A DNA stretch of 63,247 nucleotides, the filler included, from Octopus bimaculoides (lineage: Eukaryota), in assembly GCF_001194135.2 (NCBI RefSeq). It is 6 parts of 6 records of this genome, joined end to end, with 100 filler letters (N's around TTAATTAATTAA, not from the genome) between each part and the next. Parts side by side here need not be neighbours in the genome. Positions count along the whole stretch, not along the records: positions 1 to 27,542 come from NC_068981.1; positions 27,643 to 41,797 come from NC_069001.1; 4 more parts are not named here. One strand, written 5' to 3'. A program made the position numbers and the translations under genes. How positions within the stretch are numbered: position 1 is the stretch's first letter; every line of letters begins with the position of its first letter. The notes beneath the pieces are model-generated. The model had not been told where the DNA came from, made no database searches, and saw only the letters and a list, made by a program, of their open reading frames with translations. Of the stretch, positions 24,893 through 39,600 are shown piece after piece.

Positions 24893-25090
24893 GGCACAAG
24901 GCTAGCAATTTCGGGGGAGTGCAGGTCGATTATATTGACTCCAGTGTTCAACTGGTACTTATTTTATCGATCCCGAAAGGATGAAAGGCAAAGTGGACCT
25001 CGGTGGAATTTGAACTTAGAACATACAGACAGAGGAAATTTTGCTAAGCATTTTGCCCGGCGTGGCTAACGATTCTGCCAGCTCACCGCC
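24893..25090 (-). mobile_element. tRNA-derived SINE with Deu/Nin-like domain (third family)
   Basis: Minus strand GGCGGTGAGCTGGCAGAATCG...GTTCAAATTCC...CCTTTCATCCTTTCGGGATCGATAAAATAAGTACCAG. Older copies at 6540-6660(+), 6770-6900(+), 45370-45500(+). Confidence 0.85.
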
Positions 25091-25436
25091 CTTCGTACAT
25101 ACAAAATATTACAAATAGAAGTAGAAAAATATAGCTACCATTAAAATATTTTGATTCAGTTCACTGCTCCCCACCGCCTCCTTCTCACCAATCACCGTCG
25201 CCATCGTAACTATAGAAAGCAAAAATAAGGAACGTAAAGTCGGAAGAAATGCCGCCAAGCATTTTGTTCGACTCGTTAACAATTCAGCCAGCTCGTCGTC
25301 TTGCACTTCCAGAAATATTATCGATACACTGTGATAACTTCAACAGCTTTGAATTAGGACGCTTCATAAAATCTTTCACAGAAACCAAACAGATGCATTC
25401 ATACATCTTCCATTCATTTAAGCTACTGTTACTCAC

Positions 25437-25522
25437 CTTTTGTCCTCGTCCAAAATTCTTCGTTCAGTCCTTCCAACTCAAGCATAAAGCCAGTTGACAT
25501 TCATTCCCCGCCCACGTCTTCA
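25437..25522 (-). other. Candidate 86-nt exon, unassigned
   Basis: Acceptor CTTATCTTCTTGCTGCTTGTAG and donor AAG|GTGAGT. Contains an ATG frame MSTGFMLELEGLNEEFWTRTK open to the donor. Confidence 0.25.
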
Positions 25523-26472
25523 CTACAAGCAGCAAGAAGATAAGATTAGCTCTCATCTACAACGACTTCACGTATCAACGAAAGACATCAAAAGTCATGG
25601 ATAAAACCTTTCCTTTTCTTACTAAATACTTAAAAGAATCTATCTAGAATCTTAATGCAACTACTAATATTCTCTGACATAAGCCAACCGTAACACCAGC
25701 CCAAAAGTAACAACAGTTTGTTTGAATTCTGAGTGTTCCCATTATTTGTGATTTCAAGTTGTGTGTATGTGTGTGTGCGTGTGCACGCGCATGTGCATGT
25801 GTGCGTGCGTGCGCTCATATGTTTATATATATATGTACATAAAGGAAATATATATAAACACTTGGCTTCTTGCTATTGTACATATGGTCATCTTCAAACC
25901 TTATCATTGAACCTCCACTTCCCGAATTTTTTCAGCATTCCCTATCCCTTTATATGTGCATGTATGTGTGTGTGTGTATGTATGCATATCTTTTGTATAT
26001 ATGCGCGCGCGCCTGTGTACGTCCGTATATACACATGTGAATATGTGTATATATATATATATATATACATATACACACACCTATATATATCTAGATATGT
26101 GGGTGCCTNNNNNNNNNNNNNNNNNNNNNNNNNNNNNNNNNNNNNNNNNNNNNNNNNNNNNNNNNNNNNNNNNNNNNNNNNNNNNNNNNNNNNNNNNNNN
26201 NNNNNNNNNNNNNNNNNNNNNNNNNNNNNNNNNNNNNNNNNNNNNNNNNNNNNNNNNNNATATATCCCTAACTCTTAAGTTATATATGCCTTCACTATAC
26301 CAGTTAGTCTCTCTCTCTACTCTCATGCATTCATGACTCTTTCTTTTATACTGTCCTGTATTTCCCGCAGGCCTTCTACTCGTAATCTACCTATCTCGGT
26401 CTTCGATGATGGAACTGCGACTTGTTATTATCTTTTACTAAAGATATTCTTTTTACATACAAAGAATGAACT

Positions 26473-27491
26473 TTAATCAGTTATATATTTTCCATTTGTT
26501 CGATGAACTTTTGCCATCTTTCTGGCAACTTCATGATTCCGTGCTCATAGAACCTTTGGTCTTTAAAAATCAAAAACTGAAGCAAGTGCGATTTCAGGTC
26601 ATCATCATTATTGAAAATTTTACCATTCAAAGAATTTTGCAAGCTTCGAAATAAATGGTAATCTAATGGTGCATGATCAGGGCTATGTGGAGGATGTGAC
26701 ATCACTTCCCAACCAAACTCCAATAATTTTTCACGAATTAGCAAAGACGTGCGTAGTATAGCGTTGTCATGATGGAACACGATTCCTCTACGATTTGCCA
26801 ATTCTGGCCATTTTACTTTAATTGCTTCCTCCATTTTCATTACTTGTCGTCAGCAAACATCTGAAGTGATCATTTGGTTCTTCGGAAGCGGCTCAAAATA
26901 CACAACACCTTTGTAATCCCACCAAATTGACACCATGACCTTTTTTTGATGCAATTCAGCTTTCAATGTGGTTTGTGATGGTTCATTACGCTTGGACGAT
27001 AATCGTTTTTGATTTATGTTATTGTAGATAATCCATTTTTCGTCACTAGTTAACATTCGTTTTTTTCAAAAAAAGGTCCATTTTATTGCGTTTGAGATGC
27101 ATATTGCAAATATTGATTCGTTGTGTGAAGTGAACCTCTTCCAATTTATGTGGAATCCAAATATCGAGCTTCTTAACGAGTCCAAGAAATTTTAAGTGAT
27201 TTTCAATTGTTGCGTGTGACACATTTAACCTCTCTGCAATCTCTCACTCAGCTATATGACAATCAGATTCAATTATGGCTTTGATTCGGTCATCATCAAC
27301 TTCAGTAGGTCGACCAGAACGTTAGTCGTCTTTGAGGAAAAAATCTCCAGAACGGAATTTTTAAACCATTTTTGGCATGTGCATTCTGTTCAACACCGTG
27401 AACTTCACATATCTCTTTGTGAGCTTCAGTAGCTTTCTTTACGGAAATAAAAGAGCAAAATATGGCGAAAATGTTCATTTTTGTACTCCAT
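26473..27491 (-). pseudogene. mariner transposase (D,D34D), mellifera-subfamily-like, dead
   Basis: MEYKNEHFRHILLFYFRK, WIPHKL, TSDEKWIIYNN, FHHDNA, HSPDHAPLDYHLFRSLQNSLNGK, KLPERWQK. Frameshifts present. TIRs not found; the 5' end runs into a linker gap. Confidence 0.93.
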
Positions 27492-27542
27492 GTTAAAATT
27501 GACACTGAAATAAATAAGCTAAAAGTGACGGTTATCAAATGT

Positions 27543-27642
27543 NNNNNNNNNNNNNNNNNNNNNNNNNNNNNNNNNNNNNNNNNNNNTTAATTAATTAANN
27601 NNNNNNNNNNNNNNNNNNNNNNNNNNNNNNNNNNNNNNNNNN
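27543..27642. other. Artificial scaffold linker N44-TTAATTAATTAA-N44 (also 41798-41897, 58215-58314, 59327-59426, 61929-62028)
   Basis: Five identical 100-bp constructs. The 12-mer is palindromic and places a stop codon in all six frames. Confidence 0.97.
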
Positions 27643-30600
27643 ACGTACGTACGTTCGTTCGTTCGAACGTTGGCCCGTTCGGGCGTACGTACGTTCTTTC
27701 GTTATTTCCTGTCAACGTAATTCGTATGTACGTTAGTTCGTACATTCGTAAGTACGTAAGTTCGTTCGTTTCTTCGTTCGTACGTACGTACGATATTTCG
27801 TTAAGTCCTGCCTACGTAATACGTAGTTACCTTCGTTCGTTCGTACGTTCGTTCTTTCCTACATGCGTTCGTTCGTACGTTCTTTGTTTATTTCCTGCCT
27901 ACGTACGTACGTTCTTTCGTTATTTCCTTTCTATGTATTACGTACGTTCCTTTATTTGTTCGAGTTACGTACGTACGTACGTTCGTTCATACGATCGCTC
28001 GTACGTCCGTTCTTACGTTATTTCCTGCCTACGTACGTACGTTCGTTCGTTAGTTCATACGTATGTTCGTTCGTTCGTACGTTCGTTCGTTCGTACGTTC
28101 GTTCACTACGTTCGTTCAATCGTACGTTCGTTCGTTCGTACGTTCGTTCGATCGTAAGTACGTACGTTCTTTTGTTATTTCCTGCCTACATAATACGTAC
28201 ATACGTTCGATCGTTCCTTCCTTCGTTCGTACGTAGGTTCGTACGTTTCTTCGTTCGTACGTACGTCCGATATTTCGTTAAGTCCTGCCTACGTACGTAA
28301 GTTCGTTCGTTCAATCGTTCGTACGTACGTACGTATATAAGTACGTTCGTATGTACTTACGTATGTTGGTTCTTTCATTCGTTCGTACATACGTAGTTCT
28401 TTTGTTATTTCCTTTCTATGTATTACGTACGTTCCTTTATTTGTTCGACTTACGTACGTACGTTCGTTGGTTCCTTCGTTCGTACATACGTACGTTCGTT
28501 CTTTCGTTATTTCCTTCTTACGTAATACGTACGTACGTTCGTTCGTACGTACGTTCGTTCATACAATCGCTCGTACGTCCGTTCTTACGTTATTTCCTGC
28601 CTACGTACGTACGTTCGTTCGTTCGTTCATACGTACGTTCCTTCGTTCGTACGTTCGTTCTCTACGTTCGTTCGATCGTACGTTTGTTCGTTCGTACGTT
28701 CGTTCGATCTTAAGTATGTACGTTCTTTTGTTATTTCCTGCCTACGTAATACGTTCTTACGTTCGATCGTTCCTTCCATCGTTCGTACGTACGTACGTAC
28801 GTTCTTTCGTCATTTCCTTCCTGCGTACGTACGTTCGTTACTTCAATAGTTCGTACGTACGTATATATGTACGTTCGTTCATCCTTACGTACGTACTTTC
28901 CTTCGTTCGTACGTACGTTCTTTCAATACTTCAATAGTTCGTACGTACGTATATATGTACGTTCGTTCATCCTTACGTACGTACTTTCCTTCGTTCGTAC
29001 GTACGTTCGTTCCTTCGTACGTACGTTTTTTTGTTCGTACGTACGTTTTTTCTTTCGTACGTACGTTCGTTCCTTCGTACGTACGTTCGTTCGTACGTAC
29101 GTTCGTTCATATGATCGCTCGTACGTCCGTTCTTACGTTATTTCCTGCCTACGTACGTACGTTCGTTCGTTCGTTCATAGGTACGTTCGTTCGTTCGTAC
29201 GTTCGTTCTCTACGTTCGTTCGATCGTACGTTCGTTCAGTCGTACATTCGTTCGATCGTAAGTAAGTACGTTCTTTTGTTATTTCCTGCCTACGTAATAC
29301 GTACATACGTTCGATCGTTCGTTCCTTCGTTCGTACGTACGTACGTACGTTCTTTCGTTATTTCCTTCCTGCGTACGTACGTTCGTTACTTCAATAGTTC
29401 GTACGTACGTATATATGTACGTTCGTTCATCCTTACGTATGTACTTTCCTTCGTTCTTACGTACGTTCGTTCGTTCGTAAGTACGTATGTTCTTTTGTTA
29501 TTTCCTGCCTCCGTAATACGTACATACGTGCGATCCTTCGTTCCTTCGCTCGTTCGTAGGTACGTACCGTCTTTCGTTATTTCCTTCCTGCGTACGTACG
29601 TTCGTTACTTCAATAGTTCATACGTACGTATATATGTTCGTTCGTTCGTCCTTACCTACGTACTTTCCTTCGTTCGTACGTACGTTCGTTCGTTCGTACG
29701 TACGTTTTTTTGTTCGTACGTACGTTCGTTCATACGATCGCTCGCACGTCCGTTCTTACGTTATTTCCTGCCTACGTACGTGCGTTCGTTCGTTCGTTCC
29801 TACGTAAGTTCGTTCCTTCATACGTACGTTCATTTGTTCCTTCGTTCGTACGTACGTACTTTCATTCGTTCGTTATTTCCTGCCTACGTAATACGTACGT
29901 ACTTTCGTTCGTACCTACGTTCGTTCGTACATACGTGCGTTCGTACGTACGATCGTTCGTACGTACGATCGTTTGTACGTACGTTCTTACGTTATTTCCT
30001 GCCTACATACGTACGTTCGTTTTTACTTAATTACGTACGTTCGTTCTTTCGTTCATACGTACGTTCGTTCGTTCTCTACGTTCGTTTGTTCATACGTTCG
30101 TTCATTCGTACGTTCGTTCGATCGTACGTTCGTTCCTTTGTAAGTACGTACGTTCTTTCGTTATTTCCTGCCTACGTAATACGTATGTACTTTCGTTCGT
30201 TCGTATTTATATACGTACGTATGTTCGTTCGTTTCTTCGTTCGTACGTACGATCTTTCGTTAATTCCTGCCTAAGTAATACGTAGGTAAGTTCGTTCGTT
30301 CGTACGGTCGTTCTCACGTACGTACGTTCGTTCGTATGTCCCTTCGTTATTTCATGCCTACCTACGTACGTATGTTCGTTCGTACGTACATACGTTCTTT
30401 CGTTATTCCTTATCTTTGTACGTACGTTCGTTCGTTCAATCTTTGGTACGTACGTACGTATATATGTACGTTCGTATGTACTTACGTACGTACGTTCGTT
30501 CTTTCATTCGTTCGTAAATACGTACGTTCCTTCGTTCGACCATTCATACGTACGTACGTACGTAATTTCGTTTGTTCGTACGTACGTTCGTTCTTTCGTT

Positions 30601-33600
30601 ATTTCCTGCCTACGTAATACATATGTACGTTCGTTCGTACGTACGTTCGTTCGTACGTATGATCGTTCGTACGTACAATCGTTCGTGCGTACGTTCTTAC
30701 GATATTTCCTGCCTACGTACGTATGTTCGTCCGCACGTACGATTTTTCGTTAATTCCTGCCTACGTACGTTCGTTCGTTCTAACTTTCGTACGTATGTAC
30801 GTACGTAAGTTCGTTCGTTCGTACGTAAGTTCTTTCGTTATTTCCTTCCTGCGTACGTACGTTCGTTCCTTCAATCGTTNNNNNNNNNNTTTCCTTCCTG
30901 CGTACGTACGTTCGTTCCTTCAATCGTTCGTACGTACGTATATATGTCAGTCATTCGTATTTACGTACGTACGTTCTTTCGTTTTTCCTTTCCAGCGTAC
31001 GTACGTTCGTTCCTTCAATCTTTCGTCCGTACGTACGTGTATATGTCCGTTCTTTCGTACTTACGTACGTACGTACGTACATTCATTCGTACGTACGTAC
31101 GTTCGTTTAATCGTTCATACGTACATTCGTTCGTTCCTACGTTAGTTCTTTCGTACATACGTTCGTTCGTACGTTCTTTGGTTATTTCCTGCCTACTTAC
31201 GTACGTTCGTTCGTTCAATCGTTCGTACGTACGCACGTATATAAGTACGTTCGTATGTACTTACGTACGTATGTTCGTTTTTTCATTCCTTCGTACATAC
31301 GTAATTCTTTGGTTATTTCCTTTCTATGTATTGCGTACGTTCCTTTATTTGTTCGACTTACGTACGTACGTTCGTTCGTTCCTTCGTTCGTACGTACGTA
31401 CGTTCGTTCTTTCGTTAATTCCATTTTACGTAATACGTACGTACGTTCGTTCGTACGTACGTTCGTTCATACGATCGCTCGTACGTCCGTTCTTACGTTA
31501 TTTCCTGCCTACGTACGTACGTTCGTTCGTTCGTTCATACGTCCGTTCGTTCGTTCGTACGTTCGTTCTCTACGTTCGTTCGATCGTACGTTCTTTCGTT
31601 CGTACGTTCGTTCGATCGTAAGTACGTACATTCTTTTGCTATATCCTGCCTCCGTAATACGTACTTACGTTCGATCGTTCCTGCCTTCGTTCGTACGTAC
31701 GTACGTTCTTTCGTTATTTCCTTCCTGCGTACGTACGTTCGTTACTTCAATAGTACGTACGTTCGTTACTTCAATAGTACGTACGTTCGTTTCTTCGATC
31801 GTACGTACGATCTTTCGTTAATTCCTGCCTAAGTAATACGTAGGTAAGTCCGTTCGTTCGTACGTTCGTTCCCTCGTACGTACGTTCGTTCTCTCGTACG
31901 TACGTTCGTTCGTATGTCCCTTCGTTATCTCATGCCTACCTACGTACGTATGATCGTTCGTACGTACGTACGTTCGTACGCACGTACGTTCGTACGCACG
32001 TACGTTCGTACGTACGTTCTTACGTTATTTCCTGCCTACGTACGTATGTTCGTCCGTACGTACGATCTTTCGTTAATTCCTGCCTACGTACGTTCGTTCG
32101 TTCTAACGTTCGTACGTATGTACGTACGTAAGTTCGTTCGTTCGTACGTAAGTTCTTTCGTTATTTCCTTCCTGCGTTCGTACGTTCGTTCCTTCAATCG
32201 TTCGTACGTACGTATATATGTCAGTCATTCGTATTTACGTACGTTCGTTCGTTCGTACGTACGTTCGTTCTTTCATTATTTCCTGCCTACGTAATACATA
32301 GGTACGTTCGTACGTATGATCGTTCGTACGTACAATCGTTCGTACGTCAGTTCATACGTTATTTCCTGCATACGTACGTACGTTCATTCGTTCGTTATTT
32401 CCTGCCTAGGTAATACGTACGTGCTTTCGTTCGTACCTACGTTCGCTCGTAAATACGTTCGTTCGTACGTACGTTCGTTACATCAATAGTTCGTACGTAC
32501 GTATATATATGTACGTTCGTTCGTCCTTACGTACGTACTTTCCTTCGTTCGTACGTACATTCGTTCGTTCGTTCGTACGTACATTTTTTCGTTCCTTCGT
32601 ACGTTCTTTCATACGATCGCTCGTACGTCCGTTCTAACGTTATTTCCTGCCTTTGTACGTACGTACGTTCGTTCGTTCGTTCATACGTACGTTCGTTCGT
32701 TCGTACGTACGTTCGTTCGTTCATACGTACGGTCTCTACGTACGTTCTTTTGTTATTTTCTGCCTACGTAATACGTACATACGTTCTATCATTCGTTCCT
32801 TCGTTCGTACGTACGTACGTTCATTCGTTATTTCCTTCCTGCGTACGTACGTTCGTTACGGACGTATATATGTACATTCGTTCGTCCTTTCGTACGTACT
32901 TTCCTTCGTTCATACGTACGTTCGTTCGTACGTAAGTTCGTTAAAACGTACGTTCGTTCGTACGTACGTTCGTTCGTACGTACGTTTTTTCGTTCGTACG
33001 TACGTACGTACGTTCATTCGTTCGTTATTTCCAGCCTACGTAATACGTACGTGCTTTCGTTCGTACCTACGTTCGCTCGTACATACGATCGTTCGGACGT
33101 ACGTTCTTACGTTATTTCCTGCCTACATACGTACGTTCGTTCTTACTTAATTACGTACGTTCGTTCTTTCGTTATTTCCTGCCTACGTAATACGTATGCA
33201 CTTTCGTTCGTTCGTACTTATATACGTACGTATGTTCGTTCGTTTCTTCGTTCGTACGTACGATCTCTCGTTAATTCCTGCCTAAGTAATACGTTGGTTC
33301 TTTCATTCGTTCGTACATACGTACGTTCCTTCGTTCGACCGTTCCTACGTACGTACGTACGTACGTAAGTTCGTTCGATCGTACGTACGTTCGTTCTTTT
33401 GTTATTTCCTGCCTACGTAATAAATACGTACGTTCGTTCGTACGTACGTACGTTCGTATGTATGATCGTTCGTACGTCCGTTCATACGTTATTTCCCCCC
33501 TACGTACGTATGTTCTTTCGTACGTACGATCTTTCGTTAATTCCTGCCTACGTACGTTCGTTCGTTCTAACGTTCGTACGTATGTACGTACGAACGAAGG

Positions 33601-36600
33601 TACGTCGTTCGTTCATACGTAAGTTCGTTCGTTCGTACGTTCGTTCTCTACGTTCGTTCGATCGTACGTTCGTTCGTTCGTACGTTCGTTCGATCGTAAG
33701 TACGTACGTTCTTTTGCTATTTCCTGCCTACGTAATACGTACGTACGTTCGTTCGTTCGTACGTACGTTCTTTCGTTATTTCTTTCCAGCGTACGTACGA
33801 TCCTTCCTTCAATCTTTCGTCCGTACGTACGTGTATATGTACGTTCTTTCGTACTTACGTACGTACGTTCGTTCGTACGTACGTTCATTCGTACGTACGT
33901 ACGTTCGTTTGTTCGTTCATACGTACGTTCGTTCGTTCGTACGTAGGTCTGTTCGGACGTACGTACGTTCTTTCGTTATTTCCTGCCAACGTAATTCGTA
34001 TGTACGTTCGTTCGTTCGTACTTACGTACGTACGTAAGTTCGTTCGTAGGTACGTTCATTCGTTGGTACGTTCGTTCTTTCGTACATACGTTCGTTCTTA
34101 CGTTCCTTGGTTATTTCCTGCCTACGTACGTACGTTCGTTCGTTCAATCGTTCATACGTACGTATATAAGTACGTTCGTATGTACTTACGTACGTATGTT
34201 CGTTCTTTCATTCGTTCGTACATACGTAGTTCTTTTGTTATTTCCTTTCTATGTATTACGTAAGTACGTTCGTTCGTTCCTTCGTTCGTACGAACGTACG
34301 TTCGTTCTTTCGTTAATTCCTTCTTACGTAATACGTACGTACGTTCGTTCATACGATCGCTCGTACGTCAGTTCTTACGTTATTTCCTGCCTACGTACGT
34401 ACGTTCGTTCGTTCGCTCATACGTACGTTCGTACGTTCGTTCTCTACGTTCGTTCGATCGTACGTTCGTTCGATCATAATTACGTACGTTCTTTTGCTAT
34501 TTCATGCCTACGTAATACGTACATACGTTCCATCGTTCGTTCCTTCGTTCGTACGTACGTACGTTCTTTCATTATTTCCTTCCTGCGTACGTACGTTCGT
34601 TAGTTCAATAGTTCTTACGTACGTATATATGTACGTTCGTTCGTACATACGTGCGTTCGTACGTACGATGGTTTGTACGTACGATCGTTCGTACGTACGA
34701 TCGTTCGTACGTACGTTCTTACGTTATTTCCTGCCTACATACGTACGTTCGTTCTTTCGTTCATACGTACGTTCGTTCGTTCTCTACGTTCGTTTGTTCG
34801 TACGTTCGTTCATTCGTACGTACGTTCGTACATACGATCGCTCGTACGTCCGTTCTTACGTTATTTCCTGCCTACGTACGTACGTTCGTTCTTTCGTTCA
34901 TACGTACGTTCGTTCGTACGGACGTTCGTTCTCTACGTTCGTTCGTTCGATCGTACGTTCGTACGATCGTAAGTACTACGTTCTTTTGTTATTTCCTGCC
35001 TACGTAATNNNNNNNNNNNNNNNNNNNNNNNNNNNNNNNNNNNNNNNNNNNNNNNNNNNNNNNNNNNNNNNNNNNNNNNNNNNNNNNNNNNNNNNNNNNN
35101 NNNNNNNNNNNNNNNNNNNNNNNNNNNNNNNNNNNNNNNNNNNNNNNNNNNNNNNNNNNNNNNNNNNNNNNNNNNNNNNNNNNNNNNNNNNNNNNNNNNN
35201 NNNNNNNNNNNNNNNNNNNNNNNNNNNNNNNNNNNNNNNNNNNNNNNNNNNNNNNNNNNNNNNNNNNNNNNNNNNNNNNNNNNNNNNNNNNNNNNNNNNN
35301 NNNNNNNNNNNNNNNNNNNNNNNNNNNNNNNNNNNNNNNNNNNNNNNNNNNNNNNNNNNNNNNNNNNNNNNNNNNNNNNNNNNNNNNNNNNNNNNNNNNN
35401 NNNNNNNNNNNNNNNNNNNNNNNNNNNNNNNNNNNNNNNNNNNNNNNNNNNNNNNNNNNNNNNNNNNNNNNNNNNNNNNNNNNNNNNNNNNNNNNNNNNN
35501 NNNNNNNNNNNNNNNNNNNNNNNNNNNNNNNNNNNNNNNNNNNNNNNNNNNNNNNNNNNNNNNNNNNNNNNNNNNNNNNNNNNNNNNNNNNNNNNNNNNN
35601 NNNNNNNNNNNNNNNNNNNNNNNNNNNNGTACTTACGTACGTATGTTCGTTCTTTGATTCGTTCGTACATACGTAGTTCTTTTGTTATTTCATGCCTACG
35701 TAATACGTACATACGTTCCAGCGTTCGTTCTTTCGTTCGTACGTACGTACGTTCTTTCATTATTTCCTTCCTGCGTACGTACGTTCGTTAGTTCAATAGT
35801 TCGTACGTACGTATATATGTACGTTCGTTCGTCCTTACGTACCTACTTTCCTTCGTTCGTACGTACGTTCGTTCGTTCGTTCGTACGTACGTATTTTTCG
35901 TTCGTACGTACGTTCGTTCTATAGTACGTACGTTCATTCTTTCCTTCGTTCGTACGTACGTACGCTCATTCGTTCGTTATTTCCTGCCTACGTAATACGT
36001 ACGTACTTTCGTTCGTACTTACGTTCGTTCGCACATACGTGCGTTCGTACGTACAATGATTCGTACGTACGATCGTTCGTACGTACGATCGTTCGTACGT
36101 ACGTTCGTTCGTTCTCTACGTTCGTTTGTTCGTACGTTCGTTCATTCGTACGTTCGTTCCTTCGTAAGAACGTACGTTCGTTCGATCGTACGTTCGTTCC
36201 TTCGTAAGTACGTACGTTCTTTCGTTATTTCCTGCCTACGTAATACGTATGTACTTTTGTTCGTTCTCTCGTACGTACGTTCGTTCGTATGTCCCTTCGT
36301 TATTTCATGCCTACCTACGTACGTATGTTCGTTCGTACGTACGTTCGTTCGTACGTCTTTACGTTCTTTCGTTACTTCTTTCCTTTGTACGTACGTTCGT
36401 TCGTTCAATCGTTCGTACGTACGTACGTGTATAAGTACGTTTGTATCTACTTACGTACGTATGTTCGTTCTTTCATTCGTTCGTACATACGTACGTTCTT
36501 TCGTTATTTCCTTTCTATATATTACGTACGTTCCTTTATTTGTTCGACTTACGTACGTACGTTCGGTCCTTCGTTCGGTCGTATGTACGTACCTTCGTTT

Positions 36601-39600
36601 TTTCGTTATTTCCTTCTTACGTAATACGTACGTACGTTCATTCGTACGTACCTTCGTTCGTACGTACGTTCGTTCGTACGTACGTTCGTACATACGATCG
36701 CTCGTACGTCCGTTCTTACGTTATTTCCTGCCTACGTACGTACGTTCGTTCTTTCGTTCATACGTACATTCGTTCGTTCGGATGTTCGTTCTCTACGTTC
36801 GTTCGATCGTACGTTCGTTCGTTCGTACGTTCGTTCGATCGTAAGTACGTACGTTCTTTTGTTATTTCCTGCCTACGTAATACGTACACACGTTCGATCG
36901 TTCGTTCCTTAGTTCGTACGTACGTACGTTCTTTCGTTATTTCCTTCCTGCGTACGTACGTTCGTTACTTCAATAGTTCGTACGTACGTATATATGTACG
37001 TTCGTTCGGTCGTACGTTCGTTCGGTCGTACGTTCGTTCCTTCGTAAGTACCTTCGTTCGTATGTCCCTTCGTTATTTCATGCCTACCTACGTACGTATG
37101 TTCGTTCGTACGTACGTTCGTTCGTACGTACGTTCGTTCGTACATACTTACGTTCTTTCGTTACTTCCTTCCTGCGTACGTACGTTCGTTACTTCAATAG
37201 TTCGTACGTTCGTGTATATGTACGTTCGTTCATCCTTACGTACGTACCTTCCTTCGTTCGTACGTACGTTCGTACGAACGTACGTCCGTTCGTTCCTTCG
37301 TACGTACGTTCATTTGTCCCTTCGTTCGTACGTACGTACGTTCATTCGTTCGTTATTTGCTGCCTACGTAATACGTACGTACTTTCGTTCGTACCTACGT
37401 TCGTTCGTTCGTACGATCTTTAGTACGTACGATCGTTCGTACGTAGATTCTTACGTTTTTTCCTGCCTACATACATACGTTCGTTCTTACTTAATTACGT
37501 ACGTTCGTTCTTTCGTTCATACGTACGTTCGTTCGTTCTCTACGTTCGTTTGTTCGTACGTTCGTTCATTCGCACGTTCGTTCGGTCGTACGTTCGTTCC
37601 TTCGTAAGTACGTACGTTCTTTCGTAATTCCTGCCTACATAATATGTATGTACTTTCGATCGTTCGTACTTATATACGTACGTATGTTCGTTCGTTTCTT
37701 CGTTCGTACGTACGATCTTTCGTTAATTCCTGCCTAAGTAATACGTAGGTAAGTTCGTTCGTTCGTTCGTTCGTTCTCTCGTACGTACGTCCGTTCGTAT
37801 GTCCCTTCGTTATTTCATGCCTACCTACGTACCTATCTTCGTTCGTACGTACGTTCGTTCGTACGTACTTACGTTCTTTCGTTATTTCTTACCTTTGTAC
37901 GTACGTTCGTTCGTTCAATCGTTCGTCCGTACGTACGTATATACGTACGTTCGTATGTACTTACATATGTATGTTCGTTCTTTCATTCGTTCGTATGTAC
38001 GTACGTTCGTTTTTTCGTTATTTCCTTCTTACGTAATACGTACGTACGTTCATTCGTACGTACGTTAGTTCGTACGTACGTTCGTTCATACGATCGCTCG
38101 TACGTCCGTTCTTACGATATTTCCTGCCTACGTACGTACGTTCGTTCGTTCATTCATACGTACGTTCTTTCATACGGACGTTCGTTCTCTACGTTCGTTC
38201 GATCGTACGTTCGTTCGTTCGTATGTTCGTTCGATCGTAAGTACGTACGTTCTTTTTTTATTTCCTGCCTAAGTAATACGTAGGTAAGTTCGTTCGTTCG
38301 TACGTTCGTTCGTACGTTCGTTCTTTCGTACTTACGTTCGTTCGTATGTCCCTTCATTATTTCATGCCTACCTACGTACGTATGTTCGTTCGTACGTACT
38401 TACGTTCTTTTGTTATTTCTTACCTTTGTACGTACGTTCGTTCGTTCAATCGTTCGTACATACGTACGTATATATGTACGTTCGTATGTACTTACGTACG
38501 TACGTTCGTTCTTTCATTCGTTCGTACATACGTACGTTCGTTCGTACGTGTGATCGTTCGTACGTACAATCGTTCGTACGTACGTTCTTACGTTATTTCC
38601 TGCCTACGTACGTTCGTTCGTTCTAATGTTCGCACGTATGTACGTACGTATGTTCATTCGTTCGTACGTAAGTTCTTTCGTTATTTCCCTCCTGCGTAAG
38701 TACGTTCGTTCGTTCAATCGTTTGTACGTACGTATATATCTCAGTGATTCGTATTTACGTACGTACGTTCGTTCATTCGTATGTACGTTCGTTCTTTCGT
38801 ACGTACGTTCTTTCGTTATTTCTTTCCAGCGTACGTACGTTCGTTCCTTCAATCTTTCGTCCGTACGTACCTGTATATGTACGTTCTTTCGTACTTACGT
38901 ACGTACGTTCGTTCGTACGTACGTAGGTCCGTTCGGACGTACGTACCGTCTTTCGTTATTTCCTGCCAACCTAATTCCTATGTACGTTCGTTTGTTCGTA
39001 CTTACGTACGTACGTACGTAAGTTCGTTCGTTTCTTCGTTCGTACGTACGTACGATATTTCGTTAAGTCCTGCCTACGTAATACGTAGGTACGTTCGTTC
39101 GTTCGTACGTTCGTTCTTTCGTACATACGTTCGTTCGTACGTTCTTTGGTTATTTCCTGCCTACGTACGTACTTTCGTTCGTTCAAACGTTCGTACGTAC
39201 GTACCTATATAAGTACGTTCGTATGTACTTACGTACGTATGTTCGTTCTTTCATTCGTACGTACATACGTAGTTCTTTTGTTATTTCCTTTCTATGTATT
39301 ACGTACGTTCCTTTATTTGTTCGACTTACGTACGTACGTTCGTTCGTTCCTTCGTTCGTACGTACGTACGTTCGTTCTTTCGTTAATTCCTTCTTGCGTA
39401 ATACGTAAGTACGTTCGTTCGTACGTACGTTCGTTTGTACGTACGTTCGTTCATACGATCGCTCGTACGTCCATTCTTACGTTATTTCCTGCCTACGTAC
39501 GTACGTTCGTTCGTTCGTACGTTCGTTCTCTACGTTCGTTCGATCGTACGTTCGTTCGTTCGTACGTTCGTTCGATCGTAAGTACGTACGTTCCTTTGTT

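Noticed and set aside
27587-27598. TTAATTAATTAA as a biological motif (homeodomain or PacI site)
   Set aside because: Always centred in exactly 44+44 Ns, so it is an assembly linker.
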